Shown piece after piece: positions 16,479 through 25,624 of a DNA stretch of 33,947 nucleotides. Under the pieces are notes generated by a model that was not told the DNA's origin, searched no databases, and saw only the letters and a list, made by a program, of their open reading frames with translations. Numbering within the stretch: position 1 is the stretch's first letter; the number at the start of each line of letters is the position of its first letter. The stretch comes from Candidatus Woesearchaeota archaeon (GTDB taxonomy: Archaea; Nanobdellota; Nanobdellia; Woesearchaeales; GW2011-AR4): NCBI GenBank assembly GCA_016185865.1, contig JACPMU010000044.1, positions 1 through 33,947 of the forward strand, read 5' to 3'. The position numbers and the translations under genes are program-made.

Positions 16479-16956
16479 AAAAATAATCACATTGCAAAAA
16501 CTCATTCCAATAGTCCAAAAACTGAAAAAACAAAATAAAAAAATAGTCACAACTAACGGAGTTTTCGACATTCTTCATTTTGGGCATGTAAGATACCTTG
16601 AAAAGGCGAAAAAGCTTGGCGATGTCCTAATTGTGGGTGTTAACACAGACTCTTCTGTAAAGCAGAACAAAGGCGACAAAAGGCCCATCAATGATGAAAA
16701 GTCAAGAATTGCGGTACTGGCAGGCCTGGAAAGCGTTGATTATGCTTTTCTTTTTGGTGAAAAGGATCCAAGGAGCTGGATTTCAAGTATAAAGCCAGAT
16801 GTTCATGTAAAAGCTGGTGATTATAAATTAGGGCAGATTATTGAGAAAAATGTTGTTGAAAAAAATAACGGAAAAATTATTATTGTTAAAGCAGAAAAGG
16901 GATACTCCACAACAGGGCTTATAAACAGTATTCTAGATGCTTATAGAAATCAATAG
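16468..16956 (+). CDS. rfaE2: D-glycero-beta-D-manno-heptose-1-phosphate adenylyltransferase (HldC/RfaE domain II)
   Basis: TNGVFDILHFGH, GD.LIVGVNTD.SV...KG..RP, K.GDY, GYSTT. Confidence 0.9.
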   Translation: MINKKIITLQKLIPIVQKLKKQNKKIVTTNGVFDILHFGHVRYLEKAKKLGDVLIVGVNTDSSVKQNKGDKRPINDEKSRIAVLAGLESVDYAFLFGEKDPRSWISSIKPDVHVKAGDYKLGQIIEKNVVEKNNGKIIIVKAEKGYSTTGLINSILDAYRNQ

Positions 16957-16987
16957 TTTTTTAAATATTTTACAGTTTTTCTCCACT

Positions 16988-17686
16988 ATGGCAAAACTTT
17001 CGGTTATAATACCTGTTTACAATGAAGAAAAAACTATAAAAAAAGTTATAGACAGGGTAAAAGGTGTGCAATTAAAGAACATAGCAAAGGAGCTTGTCAT
17101 AGTTGATGATTTCTCAACAGACAACACAAGAAACATTTTAAAAAATTTGAAAAATAAATCATTAAAAATATTCTATCATAAAAAAAATATGGGGAAAGGC
17201 GCAGCTATAAGGACAGGCATGAAAAACTCCACTGGAGATTTGATAATAATCCAGGATAGTGATTTAGAATATGATCCTAGTGAATATCCAAAATTATTAA
17301 AGCCTATTGTGGAAAAAAGGGCAAAAGTTGTATATGGCTCAAGATTGGAATCCATAAGAAAAAATGCAAAAAATATGTACAAGCTGCACTATATGGGCAA
17401 TTTGTTCCTTACATTGATGACGAATCTATTGTACGGGGCAAGTATAACTGACATGGAAACTGGCTACAAGGTATTCAGAAAAGAGGTAATTGAAGGCATG
17501 AATTTAAAATCGAATAGATTTGATTTTGAGCCCGAAATCACAGCAAAAATACTCAAGAAAGGCTTTAAAATCCACGAAATTCCTATAGATTTTACCGGGA
17601 GAAAGTTTGAGGAAGGCAAAAAAATTACTTGGATTGACGGCATTAAGGCTTTATACTACCTCATCAAATACAGGGTAGTAGATTAA
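16988..17686 (+). CDS. GT2 glycosyltransferase
   Basis: LSVIIPVYNE, DDFSTD, NMGKGAA, QDSDLEYDP, TDMETGYK, FDFEPEIT. Start at MAKLS. Confidence 0.9.
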   Translation: MAKLSVIIPVYNEEKTIKKVIDRVKGVQLKNIAKELVIVDDFSTDNTRNILKNLKNKSLKIFYHKKNMGKGAAIRTGMKNSTGDLIIIQDSDLEYDPSEYPKLLKPIVEKRAKVVYGSRLESIRKNAKNMYKLHYMGNLFLTLMTNLLYGASITDMETGYKVFRKEVIEGMNLKSNRFDFEPEITAKILKKGFKIHEIPIDFTGRKFEEGKKITWIDGIKALYYLIKYRVVD

Positions 17687-17687
17687 A

Positions 17688-18419
17688 ATGAGTAAACCAA
17701 ATATTACTATGTTTTTTCCTGCTTATAACGAGGAGAAAAATATCCTAAAACTGCTTAAATCCGCTATAAAAATTCTTAATGATGTTGCTGATAATTATGA
17801 GGTTTTAGTTATAGTTTATGAAGGTTCAACTGATAAAACAATAGACATTGTTAAAAAATTTGCAAATAAAAATAATAAAGTAAAGCTTATAATGCAGCCA
17901 AAAGATAAAAAGGGAATTGGTTATGCAAAAATGATGGGATTTAAAAATGCAAAATATCCTTATATTTTTTATGCAGACTCTGACAATCAGTTTAATTTAA
18001 GGGAATTCAAGAAGTTTTTGCCCTATATAAGCAAATATGACATTATTGCTGGTTATAGGATTAATAGATACGATCCAAAAATCAGAATTATGATCTCAAA
18101 AATCTATAATTGGGCAATGAGCCTCTTGTTTAAGACAAAGGAGCGCGACCTGGACTGTGCCTTCAGGCTGGTAAATAAAAAAGTTATAAATAATATCAAA
18201 CTAGTATGCCATACAGGAGTTGCAACTACAGAGCTCTTGGTCAGAGCAAGGAAAAAGGGATTTAGTATAAAAGAGATTGGCATCAGCCACTACCCAAGAG
18301 AATTTGGAAGATCCTTATTTGAAAGCAATTTGTTAAACTTGCCTAAGCCAAAGGTGGTTATCAGTATATTAAAAGAGATAATCTTGCTTTACAAAGATAT
18401 AAACTCAAAGAATAAATAA
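17688..18419 (+). CDS. GT2 glycosyltransferase
   Basis: FFPAYNEE, DSDNQF, DLDCAFRL, HYPR..G.S; the first acidic motif reads YEGSTD. Confidence 0.85.
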   Translation: MSKPNITMFFPAYNEEKNILKLLKSAIKILNDVADNYEVLVIVYEGSTDKTIDIVKKFANKNNKVKLIMQPKDKKGIGYAKMMGFKNAKYPYIFYADSDNQFNLREFKKFLPYISKYDIIAGYRINRYDPKIRIMISKIYNWAMSLLFKTKERDLDCAFRLVNKKVINNIKLVCHTGVATTELLVRARKKGFSIKEIGISHYPREFGRSLFESNLLNLPKPKVVISILKEIILLYKDINSKNK

Positions 18420-18431
18420 TTTTTAAATATT

Positions 18432-19160
18432 ATGGAACTTTCAGTAATCATACCAACTTACAATGAGAAGAAGAATGTTGGAATACTAATTCCAAGAATA
18501 GAGCAATTGTTCTATAAAAGGTACAGGAACGATTTTGAGATTATAGTTGTGGATGACAAGTCTCCGGATGGAACAGCAGAATCAATTATAAAACTGAACA
18601 ATGCATATGGCAACATAAGGTTGATAACCAAAAAGAAAAAAGAGGGCATAGGGAGCGCTCTTAAGGAAGGCTACAGCAATGCAAGAGGCAGCTTGATTTT
18701 GTCAACAGATGCTGATTTATCATTTGATGTCAGGGATATGCTTAGGCTGCTCACAGCAATAAAAAAAGGCCGTGACTTGGTTGTTGGGAGCAGGCACAGG
18801 GCAGGAGGTTTTTACGAGAAGCCAAATATAAAAACCAAAATCAAGGGATTTATAAGCAAATACGGGAATATGATGACAAGAATTTTAACAAATATAGACA
18901 TAAATGATTTTTCTGCGAATTTCAGGATTATAAGGAGAAACGTATGGAAAAAATTGAAAGTTGCAGACAATGCCAATTCCATTCTGTTGGAAATGATACT
19001 TAAGGCAAAATACAAAGGCTATAAAGTTGCAGAAGTGCCTGTAATGTTCATTGACAGGAAATACGGAAAATCGAAGCTGAGTTTGATCAAGGAAATGCCA
19101 AAATTCCTCATGAGGCTGGTTTATTACATCATCAAGTATCGAATTCTAAAATTGGGGTAA
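18432..19160 (+). CDS. GT2 glycosyltransferase (Dol-P-mannose synthase-like)
   Basis: SVIIPTYNE, VDDKSPDGT, DADLS, VVGSR, F.DR.YG.SKL. Confidence 0.88.
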   Translation: MELSVIIPTYNEKKNVGILIPRIEQLFYKRYRNDFEIIVVDDKSPDGTAESIIKLNNAYGNIRLITKKKKEGIGSALKEGYSNARGSLILSTDADLSFDVRDMLRLLTAIKKGRDLVVGSRHRAGGFYEKPNIKTKIKGFISKYGNMMTRILTNIDINDFSANFRIIRRNVWKKLKVADNANSILLEMILKAKYKGYKVAEVPVMFIDRKYGKSKLSLIKEMPKFLMRLVYYIIKYRILKLG

Positions 19161-19179
19161 GCAGCAGCGTTATTATATG

Positions 19180-20085
19180 TCAAGAATGCGGAATATTATG
19201 CTTAATCCATGTTCTCAAATCGTATTTAGGTTTCCAGCCAAATTTTTTTAATTTTTGTATATTGGCCAGTTCATCCCATCTTTCAATTTTTCTGTCTCTG
19301 ACAAGGCTCCTGTTTTTTACAATTGTGAATTTTTTGTGCAGGTTTTCCGCTATCATTCCAATAATTTCTTTTATGCTGGTAGAGGCTCCAGTTCCTATGT
19401 TAAATATGTTATTTTTTTTAAAGCTCATTGCCATGGTAATTGCACCGGTAAAATCCTTTACATTTAGGAAATCTCTTTTTACATTGTTGCCTATATTAAC
19501 GACATCGCTCTTCATTGCCCTGCTCAAAAGCAGAGGCAACAAACCTTTATTTTGGTGCTTTCCATAAAGATAGGATGCTCTGAAAATTACATAGTTTATT
19601 TCGCAATTGCTTGAATAAGCCCTTATTGTATCCTCGCACATCAGTTTGCTCAGGGAATAAAAATCAACAGGTGATTTATTTTTAACATCAGTTTCTTTGA
19701 TATTGATATTGTTGCCGTAAACAGCTTGTGTAGAGGGAAAAACTATCCTCTTGACTTTATTTTTGCGCATGGATTCCAAAACATTTACAGTGCCGTTGTA
19801 ATTAACATCTATAGTTTTTTTGGGGTGCTCCAAAGAAAATGGCACATCAGTTATTGCCGCCAAATGCACGACCACGTCAATTTTTTTTATTAAAATGCCG
19901 CATTTTCTCGGCTCCAGCACATCCAATTGCCTCACTTCAATATCTTTTAAATTATTTTTATTCAGGAACTTTGCAAGTTTTTTAGTGTCGGATGCAGTGG
20001 CAATTATTTTATTTTTAGAAAAATGCATGTCTTCAATAAGATTTTTGCCTACAAGGCCGTTTGCACCTGTTATTAATATTCTCAT
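19180..20085 (-). CDS. Extended SDR NAD(P)-dependent sugar epimerase/reductase
   Basis: ITGANGLVG, HLAA, STQAVYG, YSLSK, RDF. Confidence 0.88.
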   Translation of the reverse strand: MRILITGANGLVGKNLIEDMHFSKNKIIATASDTKKLAKFLNKNNLKDIEVRQLDVLEPRKCGILIKKIDVVVHLAAITDVPFSLEHPKKTIDVNYNGTVNVLESMRKNKVKRIVFPSTQAVYGNNINIKETDVKNKSPVDFYSLSKLMCEDTIRAYSSNCEINYVIFRASYLYGKHQNKGLLPLLLSRAMKSDVVNIGNNVKRDFLNVKDFTGAITMAMSFKKNNIFNIGTGASTSIKEIIGMIAENLHKKFTIVKNRSLVRDRKIERWDELANIQKLKKFGWKPKYDLRTWIKHNIPHS

Positions 20086-21260
20086 TTAAAAAAATCATTG
20101 AATGTTTTGATTATGTAGTCAAGATCGCCATGGCTGATATCCTGATGGCATCCTATATAAAAGCCATTGTTGTTTATCCAGTCGGCAACAGGGTAATCAC
20201 TGACTTTTATTCTGAAAAGTTTTTGATATACTGGCTGGTTTATCAATGGCAGCATTTCCCTTGTTTCAATGCTCTTGCTCTCAAGATAGTTTACTATCCT
20301 CTGTTTCTTTTCTTTCCTTAACACTATTGGAAACATCATAAATGAGTGTTCGCAGCCTTTTCTGACTTCAGGAAGCTGAATCCTGCCGTCAAATTTTCCC
20401 AGGCCGTCTATGAGGCACTTTGCATTATCTCTTCTTTTCTTTATCATAGTTTGCCATGTTTCAAGCTGCGCCATCCCTAGCGCTGCCTCCATTTCTGTTG
20501 CTCTGAAGCTGTGTCCAAGATGGATGAAATTGAATCTTCTGGCAATTACTTCTCTCAGCTCTTTTTTGCTTTTTCCCTTGGAATCGTCAATGCTTATGTA
20601 TATAGAGTCTCTTCCGTGGTTCATTAATGAGCGTAGCATCACCGCATAGTCAGCGTTGTTTGTTGTATTGATGCCGCCAACTCCAGTAGTAATAAGATGC
20701 GCAATATAAGTTGAGAAGCAGCCTATGTCCCCAAGGCTTCCAACCATTTTGCTTTTGTATCTGGCAAACATAGTTTCGCATGAATCTTCAACAATCCTCA
20801 AATCATATTTTGCAGCTATTTTTTTGATTTTGTCCATCTCGCATGGAAGCCCAAACAAATGGACCGGGATAATTGCCTTTGTCCTGTCCGTAATTTTATC
20901 CTCAATTAATTCCGGGTCAATCCCATAGAAGTTCTTTTCAACATCCACAAACACCGGCTTCAGGCTGTTGTGCACAACAACATTCGACGTGGCTACAAAT
21001 GTCACAGCAGGAACTATGACCTCGTCATTATTGTTCCAGTTGTGGATTTCTTTCAGAGCTGCAACAGCTATGTGAAGGGCGCTTGTTCCGCTGTTGCTCA
21101 TTATACCGAATCTGCATTGGTGCAAAGAAGAGAATTTTTTTTCAAATTTTTTAGTGAACTGGCCATAAGACAATCTTTTTCTGTCTAAAGTCTTATTAAC
21201 ATAGAGCTTTGCATTTTTGCTTATGCTGAGTGTGCCTACTCCGATAAATTTCTTGGCCAT
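20082..21260 (-). CDS. DegT/DnrJ-fold PLP enzyme with His at the catalytic Lys position (ColD/RfbH-like 3-dehydratase candidate)
   Basis: NSGTSAL, VP..TFVAT, PVHLFG, EDSCE, FSTYIAHLITTGVGG, HGRD. Confidence 0.8.
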   Translation of the reverse strand: MAKKFIGVGTLSISKNAKLYVNKTLDRKRLSYGQFTKKFEKKFSSLHQCRFGIMSNSGTSALHIAVAALKEIHNWNNNDEVIVPAVTFVATSNVVVHNSLKPVFVDVEKNFYGIDPELIEDKITDRTKAIIPVHLFGLPCEMDKIKKIAAKYDLRIVEDSCETMFARYKSKMVGSLGDIGCFSTYIAHLITTGVGGINTTNNADYAVMLRSLMNHGRDSIYISIDDSKGKSKKELREVIARRFNFIHLGHSFRATEMEAALGMAQLETWQTMIKKRRDNAKCLIDGLGKFDGRIQLPEVRKGCEHSFMMFPIVLRKEKKQRIVNYLESKSIETREMLPLINQPVYQKLFRIKVSDYPVADWINNNGFYIGCHQDISHGDLDYIIKTFNDFFK

Positions 21261-21345
21261 CAAGAATGGGCTGGTAAATATTAAATTTATAAAGCTTTCG
21301 AGCAATAGTAGACATCTAAAGCCAGCATATTTTGTGAGGTATGCC

Positions 21346-22401
21346 CTATCTTTTTATGCCATAAATTTTTGAGAATCTTTTAATGTCGTGATCAACCATA
21401 AGTTTAACAAGTTCCCCGAAAGATGTTTTTGGAGCCCATTTCAGCTTTTTTTTTGCATATGACGGATCGCCTGAAAGCTTTTCAACTTCTGCCGGCCTGA
21501 AATATCTGAGGCTGACCTTTACAAGCGCTTTTCCTGTTTTTTTATCTATGCCCTTTTCATTCACTCCCCTGCCCTTCCACAAAATTTTTATACCAATACA
21601 GTCAAAAGCTTTCTCGGCAAATTCCCTGACGCTATGGCTTTCCCCGGTGGCTATCACAAAGTCTTCTGGATATTTCATCTGCAGCATGAGCCACATTGCC
21701 TCAACATATTCTTTTGCATACCCCCAGTCTCTCTTCGCATTCAGGTTGCCTAATTCAAGAACATCGTCTATTCCTAATTTTATTTTTGCAACTTGCTGGC
21801 TTATCTTTTTTGAGACAAAATTTTCGCCTCTTCTTTCAGACTCGTGGTTGAATAGTATGCCATTGCATGCAAACATGTTGTACGCTTCTCTGAAGTTTAT
21901 AGTTATCCAGTGGGAATAAAGCTTGGCTATGCCGTAAGGGCTTCTTGGATGAAATGGCGTCTTTTCTGTCTGAGGCGTTTCCTGCGCCAATCCAAACAGT
22001 TCGCTTGTTGATGCATTGTAGAACTTTACTTTATGAGCCATTCCTAAAATTTTTATTGCTTCAAGAATCCTTAACGTGCCTAATGCATCGGCATTCGCGG
22101 TATATTCCGGCATTTCAAATGATATCTGAACATGGCTTTGCGCAGCCAGGTGGTAAATCTCATCAGGCTGCGCTAATTTTAAAATTCTTAAGATGGAGCT
22201 GGAGTCGGTCATGTCGCCGTAATGCAGGCTCATATCACCGTTCCTTCTGTGAAAATCGTAAATAGAGCCAATCCTTTCCCTGTTAAAAGAGCTTGACCTT
22301 CTGCAGACGCCATGCACTATATAACCTTTCTTCAGAAGGAATTCTGCAAGGTACGAGCCATCTTGGCCTGTTATGCCTGTTATTAAAGCAATTTTTTTCA
22401 T
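21346..22401 (-). CDS. gmd: GDP-mannose 4,6-dehydratase
   Basis: [59 protein letters not shown]. Confidence 0.95.
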   Translation of the reverse strand: MKKIALITGITGQDGSYLAEFLLKKGYIVHGVCRRSSSFNRERIGSIYDFHRRNGDMSLHYGDMTDSSSILRILKLAQPDEIYHLAAQSHVQISFEMPEYTANADALGTLRILEAIKILGMAHKVKFYNASTSELFGLAQETPQTEKTPFHPRSPYGIAKLYSHWITINFREAYNMFACNGILFNHESERRGENFVSKKISQQVAKIKLGIDDVLELGNLNAKRDWGYAKEYVEAMWLMLQMKYPEDFVIATGESHSVREFAEKAFDCIGIKILWKGRGVNEKGIDKKTGKALVKVSLRYFRPAEVEKLSGDPSYAKKKLKWAPKTSFGELVKLMVDHDIKRFSKIYGIKR

Positions 22402-22466
22402 TGGTAATTTGGAAACTATCAATATTTATATAATTTTTGCAAAATAATGTCCTTCGGAAATTTTAT

Positions 22467-24053
22467 TTATTTTTTCCTGGTGAAAATATACCCATTTTCT
22501 GTTTTGTCCCAAGTTCCCTGAACATCATAAACAAGCCATGAATAGCCAATGTTGCCAACAGGCTCAAAATTCTGCTTTAGCCACTGGTAGCATACCCATT
22601 TTTGGAATTGAAGGCTGTTTGCGGGAACCAAAATTTTTCCTAAAGCTGGCTGGCATCCTGGGTCAACAGCAACAGGCTCGTTCACTTTGCTGATATAGTA
22701 TTTCACCAAATCCAAATCCTGCTCCCAATCCAAATTGGAATCAATGGTGTATTTATACCCATTTTTGGGTCCGCCGATGAATTCATTGAAATAAGCCAGG
22801 TGGTGAGGGATTACCAGCAATGACCCTGCCAAATACCATACCGCCAATAAGGAAATTATGCCTATAAAAATCTTATTTTTTAAAGGGTAAATTGAAAGGA
22901 CATGCCTATAGCCAACTGCTGTTTTGCTGAAAAAAGACAGCATGAACAGGATTATGAGCATATAAATCAGCAAATAACTCTCTGAAATGCTAATTCTTCT
23001 AAAATACAAGAATCCTAAAATGAGAAAAATAAATATAGGAATAGGTGTCTTAATTAGGATGTGGAAAATATAATAAGAGCTTGGTTTTTCCCCTATTTTT
23101 CCAAGGAAAAAAAAGCCCCTGACTTCGTCCTTTGCCTGCCATTGCGCCTGGTCGTGGCCCAAAACATACTGCTTGGGCAATAGTATAGGTACCCAGTTTA
23201 CAAGTTTGTTTTTGTATAAAGCATTAAAAGAGGAGCTCATAAATTCTTCTTTGTCGTATTTGCTTAATGGGGCAAAAGTGCCGTTGAAAAAATACATTAA
23301 ATTTATGACAAGCCATCCAATTAAAAATATTATCAGCAAAGAAAAAACAATGTCAAATGACTTCTTTAGGCTGGGTTTTTTGATTTTAAAGAAAAAATCA
23401 GCTTTAAAGTCCTTAAAAAAATAAACAAGGATGGAATACAATACAAATGTTGGTATAAGAAAAACAGAGAGCAGCTTGGTGATCTGTGCCAAGCCAAAAC
23501 ATAAACCGGCTATTAACAGGCCCTTTTTTGTTGGTTTGTTGACATACTTCCAAAAAGTGTACATTGAAAGAAAGATAAAGAGTGCGCCTCCGATGTCAGC
23601 TGTTACCAGGCTTCCAAAAGCCAGAATGTTGGGCGAAAATGCTGCCAGAAACAGGGCAAAAAGGCCTGCTCTTATCCCGTACAGGTCTCTTGCCCAAAGA
23701 AAAACAAGATAGGCCAATATAGCCATAAAAATTAATGGCACAAGCCTTGAAGCGAGCAAAATTCCTCTTGGAAACGGAGTTATTTTCCCCGTGATATAAT
23801 CCAATTGGGTGCCCCTGTCAAAATTATTGAATTTGCTTTTATCCGTGACAAAAAGCAAAGGCAGCGCTGCCAAAGTAGAAGTCAAAGGCGGATTAATTAT
23901 GCCTATCTCCCACTTGCTTGTTGTAAGGTATTTGTAGCCCGCATTTAAATGAAAATTTATTTCGTCAATTGTTCTTGACTTGACGCTTGCAATGAAAAAG
24001 CCTTGAGTGAACATCAAAAAAAGCAGTATCGCAACAATATATCTTGATTTCAT
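22467..24053 (-). CDS. GT-C membrane glycosyltransferase (ArnT/PMT-like)
   Basis: TIDE after TM1, NPPL, FSPNILA.G.LVTAD, IKTP, LAYFNE..GGP, DSNLDW.QD; many TM helices. Confidence 0.85.
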   Translation of the reverse strand: MKSRYIVAILLFLMFTQGFFIASVKSRTIDEINFHLNAGYKYLTTSKWEIGIINPPLTSTLAALPLLFVTDKSKFNNFDRGTQLDYITGKITPFPRGILLASRLVPLIFMAILAYLVFLWARDLYGIRAGLFALFLAAFSPNILAFGSLVTADIGGALFIFLSMYTFWKYVNKPTKKGLLIAGLCFGLAQITKLLSVFLIPTFVLYSILVYFFKDFKADFFFKIKKPSLKKSFDIVFSLLIIFLIGWLVINLMYFFNGTFAPLSKYDKEEFMSSSFNALYKNKLVNWVPILLPKQYVLGHDQAQWQAKDEVRGFFFLGKIGEKPSSYYIFHILIKTPIPIFIFLILGFLYFRRISISESYLLIYMLIILFMLSFFSKTAVGYRHVLSIYPLKNKIFIGIISLLAVWYLAGSLLVIPHHLAYFNEFIGGPKNGYKYTIDSNLDWEQDLDLVKYYISKVNEPVAVDPGCQPALGKILVPANSLQFQKWVCYQWLKQNFEPVGNIGYSWLVYDVQGTWDKTENGYIFTRKK

Positions 24054-24153
24054 TTTTGCTATTGCATATCATTAATGTTTTAAATACTTTCTATTTCTAT
24101 TCGTCAAATAGAGATAGTTTTAAATACACAAATTGCAAACCTTCGTTCAAAAA

Positions 24154-25623
24154 ATGACCCAGCAAAAACCATTTTCAGTGACAGATGCTTATGGATCTAT
24201 GTTTGGAAGCAAAGTTGAAGAAACAGAAAACTTTTTGCCAAACATACTCCCGCTAAATCTGAATAAGCCCCTTATACAGTCAGTTATGGACAGGGCAAAA
24301 AGGGAAAATAAATGGGTGCTTGCATTTGTCATTGGAACAAAGCCGTGCTTCTATAAGTTTTATGGCTCTATTGTTGCTGCTAATAAGGCTAACATTCCAA
24401 ATTTCATAATAAACTCGAACCAGCATTACGATGATGTCTTGACAAGAGGATTAACAGAGTTCAATCTGCAGAATCAGGTGGCATCCAATCTTGCCATAAG
24501 GGGCGACTTGGCGCAGAAATCTGCGGAGTTATTGATGAAAGTAAGCTGGCTTGCGCGCTATCTGAAAAAAAAATGGCCGACTGTCACAGTTGTGCCTGTT
24601 GTGCTGGGCGACACAATAATGACTGCTATTGTGCCTGTTGCATGGATGTTTTCAAGGATTGAGAAAGCTGTGCAAGTAGAGGCTGGCTTGCGCTCAATGG
24701 CGCCTGAGGTTATGAAGCGCTACAAGGATGTCGATATTGAAACTTTCATTGACCAGCAATTTTACGGCAAATGGCTGCTGCTCAGAAATGAGCCATTCCC
24801 AGAGCAATGGGACACATACACTTCAGCCGCAGGAAGCGAGTATTTGTTTGCGCCAGTTAACCTAAACAAGGAGCACTTGATAAGAGAGGGCTATCCTGAA
24901 AAGAACATATGGGTTGTCGGGGGCGTAGTTGTTGACGCTCTTGAACTGAAGAGAAAAGAGAAGCCTGAAAAAAGTGTTTTTGATATCTATCCGCAGCTTG
25001 AAAAAGGAAGATGGCTGAGAGTAGATATACACAGGAGAGAAAATTTAACGCCAAGAAGGTTTAAGGCTATCATAGGCATCATTAGTGACTTGGTAAAAAA
25101 GGGATATAATGTCAATTTCATAGAGATGAGTGCTACAAGAAACGCCCTTGATTATTATAAAATGAGAAGCATAATAAGCAAACTGGGAAAATACAAAAAT
25201 TTCCTGCACACAAATGTTTGGCCGGAGTATGCGCATGTTGTTGAATTTTTTGATTCAAAAAATTGCTTAGCAGCCTTGACAGACTCTGGTGGCGTGCAGG
25301 AAGAGCTGAATTTAATCGGAAAAGCCTGCTTGACATGCAGGCTAAGCACCGACAGGCCAGAGACTGTATTCAATGCAAAAAGTAATATATTGGTGCCTCC
25401 GATAAGCAGCGAGTACATGATGAAGATAATAACCCACATAACCAAAAAAGAATCCATCCTCAAGGGTATGGAAAACGCCAAGGAATTATACGGCAGGAAT
25501 GCCGGCCATAGGATAATTTCCATTATTTCTAAGCTAATTGGCAAGGACGAGCGCCCGTTCAAATGGGCTCATGAAGCCCTTGGCTTATGGAGAGAAAAAT
25601 CTAAAGGCATTGAATATTTATGA
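24154..25623 (+). CDS. wecB: UDP-N-acetylglucosamine 2-epimerase family protein (divergent)
   Basis: GTKP, QHY, GDT, EAGLRS, FPE, HRREN, TDSGGVQEE, TDRPE; N-terminal extension and internal insertion. Confidence 0.8.
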   Translation: MTQQKPFSVTDAYGSMFGSKVEETENFLPNILPLNLNKPLIQSVMDRAKRENKWVLAFVIGTKPCFYKFYGSIVAANKANIPNFIINSNQHYDDVLTRGLTEFNLQNQVASNLAIRGDLAQKSAELLMKVSWLARYLKKKWPTVTVVPVVLGDTIMTAIVPVAWMFSRIEKAVQVEAGLRSMAPEVMKRYKDVDIETFIDQQFYGKWLLLRNEPFPEQWDTYTSAAGSEYLFAPVNLNKEHLIREGYPEKNIWVVGGVVVDALELKRKEKPEKSVFDIYPQLEKGRWLRVDIHRRENLTPRRFKAIIGIISDLVKKGYNVNFIEMSATRNALDYYKMRSIISKLGKYKNFLHTNVWPEYAHVVEFFDSKNCLAALTDSGGVQEELNLIGKACLTCRLSTDRPETVFNAKSNILVPPISSEYMMKIITHITKKESILKGMENAKELYGRNAGHRIISIISKLIGKDERPFKWAHEALGLWREKSKGIEYL

Positions 25624-25624
25624 A

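Noticed and set aside
17688..20085. AT-rich GT2/SDR block as a horizontally acquired island
   Set aside because: It looks more AT-rich by eye, but there are no boundary repeats or mobility genes and composition was not computed.
22870..22900. Possible short in-frame deletion in the ArnT-like gene (SIYP|LKNK)
   Set aside because: A TM segment looks short, but this cannot be shown without ortholog alignment or reads.
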